DNA from: a virus
DNA length: 64,000 nucleotides
Direction: 5' to 3' (one strand)
IMG/VR virus record: IMGVR_UViG_3300028392_000053
Location: 20,532 to 84,531 of that record
Below, one piece after another: positions 56,773 to 64,000 of the stretch. The stretch's first letter is position 1; each line of letters begins with the position of its first letter. The notes under the pieces are model-generated. The model saw only the letters and a list, made by a program, of their open reading frames with translations, was not told where the DNA came from and did not search any database. The position numbers and the translations under genes are program-made.

Positions 56773-57390
56773 ATGACATTAGCCGCTTCTGGAGAAATGA
56801 GTATCGGTGGATCAACATCCACACGTTCAATTAACCTTGAATTGGGTCGAGCCGCTGGTGCAACAAGTAGTTTAAATGAAACTGCACTAAGAACTCTTGC
56901 TGGTGTTGCTTCTGGTGCTATTAGTATTTCCAACTTTTTTGGCAAGGCTAACTTTACTGTGGCTTATTCTGCTGGTTTTACAAATTCTTATATTTTGGAT
57001 TACCTGTACTATTTTGGCGAGCCTGCCTCTGTGGGTATACGTTGGAACGCCGATGCAACAATAAGTTTTTTCTTTTATTCATCTGGTTACAACGCCTCGG
57101 GTGAAACTTGGGGAAGTCCAACTACGTCTGGTATAGGTTCAAACTATTGGATTCGGTTTACCAGAACAGCCACAAACAGCTTTTACACACCTACCGCGGC
57201 AGCCAGTTCCACCGCATCTACTGGATGGATGCTGTTGAGTACCGCTAGGGAAATATATATCTCCAGAACCCCCGGACAAAACGTTTTCAGCGCAACTTAT
57301 ACAATAGAGATATCATCCGATTCCGGAGGAGCAACTATATTGTCTACTCGCACAGGAGTAATGATAGAGATGGTCGACAGCAATTTCTAA
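56773..57390 (+). CDS. tail-fibre/adhesin-like protein
   Basis: MTLAASG..SI..INLELG...SGAISISNFFGK N-terminus (gp38-like) followed by a Ser/Thr/Gly-rich domain. Confidence 0.6.
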   Translation: MTLAASGEMSIGGSTSTRSINLELGRAAGATSSLNETALRTLAGVASGAISISNFFGKANFTVAYSAGFTNSYILDYLYYFGEPASVGIRWNADATISFFFYSSGYNASGETWGSPTTSGIGSNYWIRFTRTATNSFYTPTAAASSTASTGWMLLSTAREIYISRTPGQNVFSATYTIEISSDSGGATILSTRTGVMIEMVDSNF

Positions 57391-57407
57391 TATTACCAAA
57401 ATATCAC

Positions 57408-57436
57408 TTGACAACTGAATAAAAACCTGCTATAAT
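57408..57436 (+). promoter_or_regulatory. consensus sigma70 promoter of tmRNA gene
   Basis: TTGACA-N17-TATAAT. Confidence 0.85.
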
Positions 57437-57442
57437 AGTAGT

Positions 57443-57740
57443 TATGGTTGTATGAAGCAACTAGAAAAGTGTTCTGGACGGGGGTGCAAATCCCCCCACC
57501 TCCACCAAAGTAATATTTTCTGTAGTAGACCCAGAAAGCAGATGCCGATACTATGGTTAGTGTTACTTTGATGGGGGTGTACTCAGTATTCGACAGAGCA
57601 ACAAGTACAGAAGTGGACAACTCATCAGAGAAGATGTAAAAACTAAAACCAAGTAAACGCAAACGACTCACAGTTCGCATTGGCAGCCTAAACGCTGACT
57701 AGGGTTTCGGTAGGTTTCCTCGTAACAGAATAACCTACCA
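57443..57740 (+). ncRNA. ssrA: circularly permuted two-piece tmRNA, tag ANDSQFALAA
   Basis: Acceptor piece ends GGGGG-TGCAAAT-CCCCC-CACCTCCACCA (57507); coding piece starts GGGGGTG (57573) giving a G3:U70 Ala stem; tag frame 57659-57691. Confidence 0.92.
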
Positions 57741-58048
57741 TTTTAGTAAACACACACTCACACACAAGGAGAAATCTTATGAGTAAAACACCTTTTGAAA
57801 TCCGTTTAAGTCTTTTAGACATGGCAAAGGACTTGGTAACACAAGACTTTCACATTAAAAAAGAAATGCTAATGGAACAATGGCATCGTAGTTCTGAAGT
57901 TGATAAATCGCTTCCCGTACCAGTATTGGTAGCGTATCCTACTGAAAAAGAAATTATTGCCAAAGCAAAATTACTTAATGCTTTCGTTTCTAACGAATAA
58001 TCATTAAAAGGGTTTCGGTAGGTTTCCTCGTAACAGAATAACCTACCA
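57701..58048 (+). repeat. 40-bp exact direct repeat hairpin
   Basis: AGGGTTTCGGTAGGTTTCCTCGTAACAGAATAACCTACCA at 57701-57740 and 58009-58048. Confidence 0.92.
57779..58000 (+). CDS. conserved T4-like hypothetical protein
   Basis: PFEIRLSLLDMAK...YPT..EII.KA..LN.FVS; CA-rich leader and AAGGAG RBS. Confidence 0.7.
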   Translation: MSKTPFEIRLSLLDMAKDLVTQDFHIKKEMLMEQWHRSSEVDKSLPVPVLVAYPTEKEIIAKAKLLNAFVSNE

Positions 58049-58073
58049 CTATGTTCAACAAATAGGAGTTTAA

Positions 58074-58496
58074 ATGAAGAAAGCAATTATTGCATCCCTA
58101 CTAACCATCGGCACCGCCGCTTTTGCCGGTGACGTAACCGTTTCTGCTGTACGTGATTATAACGTAGAACACAATGGTTTTCGGGTTGGTACAACCTTAA
58201 AGGGAATCACGTTAAGTGCAACTCACATTGACGAAGGTTATAATCGTTATGCAGTCGGTAAAGATTTTGCTTTAACTAAAGTAGGACCTGTTGCATTGTC
58301 TGCTGGTGGATCAGTTTCATTCCAAGACACATTTAATGGTGCTGGTGGTTATGGCTTAACCGTTGGTGCAACGGCTACTATGCCTGTCACCAAAACTATT
58401 GACGTTGTAGCAAGCGTAGAACGCAGTGCTGGTCAAGAACGTATTTCCAAATTCAACGGAAATACTGGTGCTATCGGACTTAAAGTAAAGTTCTGA
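58074..58496 (+). CDS. outer-membrane beta-barrel protein
   Basis: Signal peptide (AAFA), alternating amphipathic strands and C-terminal GLKVKF beta-signal. Confidence 0.7.
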   Translation: MKKAIIASLLTIGTAAFAGDVTVSAVRDYNVEHNGFRVGTTLKGITLSATHIDEGYNRYAVGKDFALTKVGPVALSAGGSVSFQDTFNGAGGYGLTVGATATMPVTKTIDVVASVERSAGQERISKFNGNTGAIGLKVKF

Positions 58497-58553
58497 TAAA
58501 CTAAAAGTTTTTTGGTGGTTCTTCAAAAACCACCACAATCACAGGAAATAAAA

Positions 58554-59108
58554 ATGCAAAGTAAACCAATACTTTTAAGCATACTATTTTCCGCAATTAT
58601 TTTAGCACTGTCGATGGTAAATATAAACTTATATAATTTACCATTCAAGGCTAGTTACGATTCTCTAGATAAAGAGACACAAAGACAAGTAACATGCCTA
58701 GCAGATAATATTTATTTTGAAGCCGCGCATGAGCCACTTGATGGCAAGAAAGCTATTGCTTTCGTTACAATTAATCGACTTCAAACTGGAAATTATGCAA
58801 AAGATATTTGCGGAGTAGTGTATCAAAAAACTGGTAACACATGTCAATTCTCATGGTTTTGTGACAAAAAGATTACCGATAAACAGTTGACAATACGTGA
58901 CACTTCGTTGTATAATGAAATTCGACAGTTAGCAATCAATATGGTTATCAACTTTGAACAACAAAAAGATGTTACAGGTGGAGCAACCTATTACCATGCA
59001 GACTATGTTAATCCTCAATGGAATTTAAAAAAGGTAGACCAAATTGGAAGACACATCTTTTACAGAAGCAACAAAGACGAAATCAATCGAAACAAAGGAA
59101 TCATCTAA
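58554..59108 (+). CDS. SleB-like cell wall hydrolase
   Basis: CLADNIYFEA, CQFSWFC, GATYYHADYVNPQW and IGRHIFY motifs. Confidence 0.88.
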   Translation: MQSKPILLSILFSAIILALSMVNINLYNLPFKASYDSLDKETQRQVTCLADNIYFEAAHEPLDGKKAIAFVTINRLQTGNYAKDICGVVYQKTGNTCQFSWFCDKKITDKQLTIRDTSLYNEIRQLAINMVINFEQQKDVTGGATYYHADYVNPQWNLKKVDQIGRHIFYRSNKDEINRNKGII

Positions 59109-59109
59109 A

Positions 59110-59325
59110 ATGAATAAAGAAGCTATTACGGTTATCATTTGTATCACACTTACAATGTGTGCAACTATCGCCGCTTTTACAATTTATAATATTAATGACC
59201 GTAACAACATGTCTAAGAATATTGAATCGGCTATTCAAAAAGGTATCGATCCAATCTCGGTCAAGTGTGCATATGAAACTAACGCTAATGCTGTTTGTAT
59301 TGCATATTCGATGGGTAAAAAGTAA
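59110..59325 (+). CDS. small membrane protein
   Basis: N-terminal TM; GIDPISVKCAY motif. Confidence 0.55.
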   Translation: MNKEAITVIICITLTMCATIAAFTIYNINDRNNMSKNIESAIQKGIDPISVKCAYETNANAVCIAYSMGKK

Positions 59326-59546
59326 TGGCTACGAAAGATGAACAAAGAAAGTTCTCTGCTATTATTGAAGAAATTGTAAAGACCAAAAGAATTGGTTATA
59401 TGGATGCCGTACTTCTTCATTGTGAAGATACTGGTTTTGAAGTTGAACTTGCGGCAACTCTCCTTACAACACCAATCAAGTCTAAGATTAATGATGAAGC
59501 ACAGGCTGGTAATATGATTAAGAAAGTGAATAAGTTACCAATATGA
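59325..59546 (+). CDS. 33: late promoter transcription coactivator (gp33)
   Basis: FSAIIEEIV...YMDAVL..CE...IKSKI..EA; gene order 33-59-32 as in T4-like phages. Confidence 0.85.
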   Translation: MATKDEQRKFSAIIEEIVKTKRIGYMDAVLLHCEDTGFEVELAATLLTTPIKSKINDEAQAGNMIKKVNKLPI

Positions 59547-60148
59547 CCGAAGCCGGTGGTTATGATGCCTTTGCGTTGTTTCATGGATTAAAACTCCATT
59601 TTACAACAAATTATGATTATGTGAAATACAATGGTAAAATCTCCATTGGTAAAGACTCATTCATGCTACGGAAAGATAAGTTTCATTTCTATAAACTTTC
59701 TCGTAAATACAAGAAAGATGAATTGTTCGGTTTCTATATTGCCAATCTACTACACAATCCAAAATGTTGGGCTGGTGATTTACTGTTGGAAGATGCCGAA
59801 TCGGAGTACAAAGTTTGGCTCAAAACTCAACAATCCCTCTCATACATTTTTGAGCAGGACTTATCTACCGCATTAGATTCGGTAGACAATCCAGAAGAAT
59901 TGCTAAAGGTGGTTGACAGGCAGTATCCGATGTTATATAATCTATACTTACATGATAAAGTGAAAAAGGAAACAATACTCATTCTCAATGACTTTATGAA
60001 TTTTATGCCTATGTGGAAAAAGAAAGTTGAAGATGATATATTGTTTCCTGACTTCACCAAAAGTTGTGAAAAGTACAAGCCATTCTTTTTATATGATGAA
60101 CAAAAAATGAAAAAGATTCTGAAGGATAAAATATGCCAATTAGCATGA
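59543..60148 (+). CDS. 59: helicase loader (gp59)
   Basis: LKLHFT..YDYVKYNGK, RKDKFHFYKLSRKY and KYKPF motifs. Confidence 0.88.
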   Translation: MTEAGGYDAFALFHGLKLHFTTNYDYVKYNGKISIGKDSFMLRKDKFHFYKLSRKYKKDELFGFYIANLLHNPKCWAGDLLLEDAESEYKVWLKTQQSLSYIFEQDLSTALDSVDNPEELLKVVDRQYPMLYNLYLHDKVKKETILILNDFMNFMPMWKKKVEDDILFPDFTKSCEKYKPFFLYDEQKMKKILKDKICQLA

Positions 60149-60615
60149 TTTATGTTGATATGGACGGGGTGATTGCCGATTTCTCAAAACGTTACAAAGA
60201 AAAGTTCCGTGTGACACCCGAAGAAACACGGAACAATAAAGAATTTAATGGTTACTTTGCAAAGTTTATTGATGGTGGAGAATTCAGTACACTTGACCTC
60301 ATGCACGATGCAAAAGAACTGTTGCACTTTTTACAAGAGTTGGATGTACCTAAAGAAATTCTATCGTCAACTGCACGACCAGAAAATCATGGAATGATTG
60401 CACCACAAAAACAAATGTGGCTAATCAAACACAACATTCTCTATAAAGCAAACTTTGTTCCAGGTAAATCCCTGAAATACAAGTATGCTACACCAAATTC
60501 CATAATCATTGATGACACCAAATCTGTTATCGATGATTGGAACAAAGCCGGTGGTATTGGTATTCTTCATACAGATGCCGAATCAACTATCGCAACTCTG
60601 AAAATGTTTATTTGA
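60133..60615 (+). CDS. 5'(3')-deoxyribonucleotidase-like HAD protein
   Basis: YVDMDGVIADF, ILSS, IIDD and WNKAGGIGILH motifs. Confidence 0.8.
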   Translation: MPISMIYVDMDGVIADFSKRYKEKFRVTPEETRNNKEFNGYFAKFIDGGEFSTLDLMHDAKELLHFLQELDVPKEILSSTARPENHGMIAPQKQMWLIKHNILYKANFVPGKSLKYKYATPNSIIIDDTKSVIDDWNKAGGIGILHTDAESTIATLKMFI

Positions 60616-60697
60616 ATCACCTATATACTTCATACATTATGAATTATGTGGATAATTCGCAACACATTTAATACAACGTTTATACAAGGAAAATACC

Positions 60698-61573
60698 ATG
60701 TCAGCATTCGAAAATCTAAGACGCTCTAGCAACCTAGACAAACTCTCAAAGGCTATTGAAAAACTCAATACAGCCGAATCTCCCACCAAAGAAGATAATT
60801 TCTGGAAACCCGAAGTCGATAAGGCTGGTAACGGTTATGCAGTTATTCGTTTTCTTCCACAACCCTCGGTTGATGGTGATGATGCACTACCTTGGGCAAA
60901 AGTTTTTAATCATGGCTTCCAGGGACCTGGTGGCTGGTACATTGAAAACTCACTCACTACTCTTGGCCAAAAAGATCCAGTTTCTGAATACAACTCTCAG
61001 TTGTGGAACTCTGGCATCGAAGCAAACAAAGAAGTAGCACGTAAACAAAAGCGTCGTCTTTCTTATATCGCCAACATTTATGTTGTTGAAGATCCTAAGA
61101 ATAGCCAAAACGAAGGTAAAGTCTTCCTTTACAAGTTCGGTAAGAAAATCTTTGATAAAATCACCGAAGCAATGAATCCCGCTTTCGAAGATGAAAAAGC
61201 AGTTAATCCATTTGACCTGTGGGTAGGTGCTAACTTCAAGTTGAAGATTCGTAAAGTTGAAGGTTATCAGAATTATGACAAATCTGAATTTGAATCTCCA
61301 TCACCTCTATTGAGTGATGATGAGGAACTAGAAGCAATCTGGAAGAAAGAATACTCTCTTAAAGAGTTCCTTGCGCCAGAAAACTTCAAGTCTTATGATG
61401 AATTGAAGGCCCGCCTTGATAAGGTTCTTGGGCTTGATGGTTCACCAGTGGTTGCAAAGACCACGGTTGAACAAGCTAAAGCAATGCCACGTAAACCTGC
61501 TCCAGTAGCAGAAGATGCTGGTATGGCTGATGATGATGACCTTGCATACTTCAGCAAACTAGCCGAAGACTGA
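60698..61573 (+). CDS. 32: single-stranded DNA-binding protein (gp32)
   Basis: DKAGNGYAVIRFLP, WYIENSLTT, KFGKKIFDKI, NYDKSEF and acidic tail. Confidence 0.96.
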   Translation: MSAFENLRRSSNLDKLSKAIEKLNTAESPTKEDNFWKPEVDKAGNGYAVIRFLPQPSVDGDDALPWAKVFNHGFQGPGGWYIENSLTTLGQKDPVSEYNSQLWNSGIEANKEVARKQKRRLSYIANIYVVEDPKNSQNEGKVFLYKFGKKIFDKITEAMNPAFEDEKAVNPFDLWVGANFKLKIRKVEGYQNYDKSEFESPSPLLSDDEELEAIWKKEYSLKEFLAPENFKSYDELKARLDKVLGLDGSPVVAKTTVEQAKAMPRKPAPVAEDAGMADDDDLAYFSKLAED

Positions 61574-61574
61574 T

Positions 61575-61600
61575 AAAAAGGACCGAAAGGTCCTTTTTTT
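61575..61600. terminator. bidirectional rho-independent terminator
   Basis: AAAAAGGACC-GAAA-GGTCCTTTTTTT between convergent genes. Confidence 0.85.
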
Positions 61601-62984
61601 ATATCCGCGCCTTTGATCTATTTAAAACAAAATCGAGAATTGCTGTATCATCACGTGTTGTTGCGGTAGATGTAACAGTTTGGTCTGGTGCAGAAGTTGA
61701 TGAATTATTCACTGATAAAGAAGATGATGAAGAAGTATCAGAAGTAACAGTATCCTGTAAGTTTAAATCATTATTCTCTTGTATCTTACCAACGACAGTA
61801 GATGAGGGTGGTGTGGAAAGTACAGGCGTGGTTGTTGAAGGAACAGGAGTGGCGGCAGGAACAGGTGATGAGTCATTATTCGATACAGGTGTAGCCGCAG
61901 GCACAGGCGGTGTGGCCACATTTGGTACTTGTGTTGACTTTTTTGTTCCATCAATATTATAATCTTTGCCATACAAAGTGTCCCATTGAATTTGTTGATA
62001 TCCTCTTTTCTGTGGTCTCGGAACAACTTTTTCTAACATCACTTTCTTTTCAGGTACAGCAAGACCGGCTTCTTTAACAGTCTGTTCAAGTCTATCTTTT
62101 CCACCAAGTTTATTAAGTTCTATTTCAGTTATTTTACCTGTTCCGTAATCTTCTAATGCTTGTTTTGCTATTCCTGGTCTATTCTTGATAATGTCAGCAA
62201 GTTTATCATATCCACCTTCTTTTTCAATATCACCTTGAGTTCCATTAAGCAACACATTTTGTGCTTCTTGTGGTGTGGGAATATTAAGATTGGGCATTGC
62301 TTCGGCTAATTTTTTCAAGCCATAAGTTGCAACTAGAATTGCACCTATAGTAAGAGTGAGTGGATTAGTTAAAAATGGTAGTATTCTTGCTAAAAATGCA
62401 CCCTTCGAAAACAAATCTGCAACTTCATCAAATAAACTTTTATCTTTTTCAGATTCTTTTTTTACCATTGTTGTTGTTGCACCAACAGAAGTAAAATCTT
62501 TTAATACTTTCAAAAACTTTTCATGTCTGCGTTGTTCTTCTGACTGGCGTTCTTCTTCAAATGACATGCTGATTTGTTTTCTTTTAAGATCGTCTTCACG
62601 ATTCTTTTGCATGAATGAGAGCATCTTATTGAGAACTTCAATTGCGGAACCACCAAAACCTTCTGATGATGGTACTTGACCAACAGATGGCATTTTTGTA
62701 TAAGATGAAGCCTTGTTTTTATTACCAGCAAAATAATTAATATCTGATTGTGAACGACCAGTAATTTTGCCAAGAATAGCAGGCGCAAGTTTACCACCAC
62801 CTGTCATTGCACGTGCAATATTCATTGGATCAAACTTCTCTTTGATACCGGTGCCTTTTGCTTTGAGTTTATCTGAGATTGCACCCCTAATGGATGAACC
62901 AACAGAACCACCTGATGTAATTTTATCTGTTATCAATGACGAAAGAGATTTACCTCTGATATTACTTGCTACTCTGTAGTCCAT
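61599..62984 (-). CDS. baseplate hub / tail-associated structural protein (putative)
   Basis: KEKFDPMNIA motif and low-complexity Pro/Thr/Ser tail; convergent with gp32 as in T4-like baseplate regions. Confidence 0.55.
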   Translation of the reverse strand: MDYRVASNIRGKSLSSLITDKITSGGSVGSSIRGAISDKLKAKGTGIKEKFDPMNIARAMTGGGKLAPAILGKITGRSQSDINYFAGNKNKASSYTKMPSVGQVPSSEGFGGSAIEVLNKMLSFMQKNREDDLKRKQISMSFEEERQSEEQRRHEKFLKVLKDFTSVGATTTMVKKESEKDKSLFDEVADLFSKGAFLARILPFLTNPLTLTIGAILVATYGLKKLAEAMPNLNIPTPQEAQNVLLNGTQGDIEKEGGYDKLADIIKNRPGIAKQALEDYGTGKITEIELNKLGGKDRLEQTVKEAGLAVPEKKVMLEKVVPRPQKRGYQQIQWDTLYGKDYNIDGTKKSTQVPNVATPPVPAATPVSNNDSSPVPAATPVPSTTTPVLSTPPSSTVVGKIQENNDLNLQDTVTSDTSSSSSLSVNNSSTSAPDQTVTSTATTRDDTAILDFVLNRSKARI

Positions 62985-62985
62985 T

Positions 62986-63999
62986 TTAATGTCTCATTGT
63001 TGGGTTAAGTTGTTCTTGTGGTGCGGCTCTATGTATATTTGTTTTTGATTTTGTTGTATTGTTGTTTTGAATAATCACTGGAGAACCACCGGCTGAACTC
63101 TCTGACATATCTTTTTTCATGTCGGCATTTTGTGTAGAATCAGAATTAAGTTTTTCACCTAAATTTGAATTGCTTTCTATGGCCTTTAGTGATGATTTTT
63201 CACGTTCACGTATTCTTTTCTCTAAGCCTTTTATTGCATCAGGATGATTTGAAAGATATGTTTTGAAGGCATCTTTTAAATTAGCTATATCATATTGTGA
63301 CATTAAACTCAAAAATTCTTCAACACTTTTTGCAGTAGAGGCCTGTTTTAATGCTTGTGCTTCCATTGTTTTACCATACTGTACCCTTCTATCAGACATG
63401 TATGTTAAAACTCTAGGATCGGTTGCGAATTCTTTAGGTACAAGTTTAACCAAATCGTTTTTTAATGGGTTTGTTATATTTTTTTCGTACCATTTCAATT
63501 GTGCATCCAACATTTCCTTTGGTCGTTCTTTTGAAATTTTAGACCATTTTTCATCGAATTCTTTTGACGCTGGTTTCGAATTTAATTCAAATTGAGGATT
63601 ATCTTTAACAAAAGATTGCACTGAGCCACCAGAATTTATACCAAAAATGCCATATGAAGAAACGCCAGGTTTCGGATCATTTGGTACAATTTGACCAACA
63701 TTTTTTATTGCATCTTTTGCTGGTTTTCCAGTTTCTCTCTCAATAGAAAGTGCGGCCGAAGCAGAAATTCCTGCGGCACCGGCTACACCAACTTTAGCCG
63801 CAGATTTAGCGGCTTCAACGATAGCTGGTTTTACAATCGGTGGTTGTGGTGTGACAGTAGGTGGTGCAGGTGCCGCTGTAGGTGCTGGTGGTGCAGTTTC
63901 AACGGGTTTTGCAGTTGGTGGTTTGGGTGCCTGCGGTGCTGGTGCTTCGGCTGGTTTTGCCGGTGCTGGTTTTGCCGGTGCTGGTGCTTCGGCTGGTTT
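62986..63999 (-). CDS. tail-associated protein with lysozyme-like domain (5' truncated by window)
   Basis: Frame open to the window end; PAPAKPA repeats, then ERETG...SSYGIFGIN...RRVQYG...KRIRERE and IIQNNNT tail. Confidence 0.6.
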   Translation of the reverse strand, partial: KPAEAPAPAKPAPAKPAEAPAPQAPKPPTAKPVETAPPAPTAAPAPPTVTPQPPIVKPAIVEAAKSAAKVGVAGAAGISASAALSIERETGKPAKDAIKNVGQIVPNDPKPGVSSYGIFGINSGGSVQSFVKDNPQFELNSKPASKEFDEKWSKISKERPKEMLDAQLKWYEKNITNPLKNDLVKLVPKEFATDPRVLTYMSDRRVQYGKTMEAQALKQASTAKSVEEFLSLMSQYDIANLKDAFKTYLSNHPDAIKGLEKRIREREKSSLKAIESNSNLGEKLNSDSTQNADMKKDMSESSAGGSPVIIQNNNTTKSKTNIHRAAPQEQLNPTMRH

Positions 64000-64000
64000 T

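Noticed and set aside
57476-57507. tRNA gene suggested by T-arm and CCA end
   Set aside because: No D-arm or anticodon arm upstream; its acceptor partner lies downstream at 57573, so it is the tmRNA acceptor piece
63840-64000. Non-coding tandem repeat
   Set aside because: Encodes the Pro/Ala/Lys linker (KPAEAPAPAKPA) of the - strand tail protein

Overview
A 64-kb segment of a large T4-like (Tevenvirinae-like) myophage genome, AT-rich and almost entirely + strand. The host is probably a Gram-negative proteobacterium, inferred from spanins, a tmRNA tag ending FALAA and a phasin-like gene with a PhaR-type box. In order: a glycan-synthesis island (1-5970); late genes for putative head-packaged proteins with T4-style capsid-targeting N-termini (6008-13962); a lysis cassette; primase gp61, ThyX and NrdA/Trx/NrdB interrupted by a PlcP-like phosphoesterase plus glycosyltransferase; RNase H; and a CobT-like vWA peptidase. 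Next is a compositionally distinct early region (33.8-40 kb) with 12 TTGCCA-N16/17-TATAAT-type promoters, two palindromic operator classes and a non-coding stretch ending in tandem DnaA boxes. The rest holds many small early ORFs, PhoH, an exonuclease, a circularly permuted (two-piece) tmRNA, gp33/gp59/gp32, and baseplate/tail-like genes on the - strand. nrdA and a CobS-like ATPase each carry a single-base frameshift. All family names come from motif recognition by eye; no database search was run.
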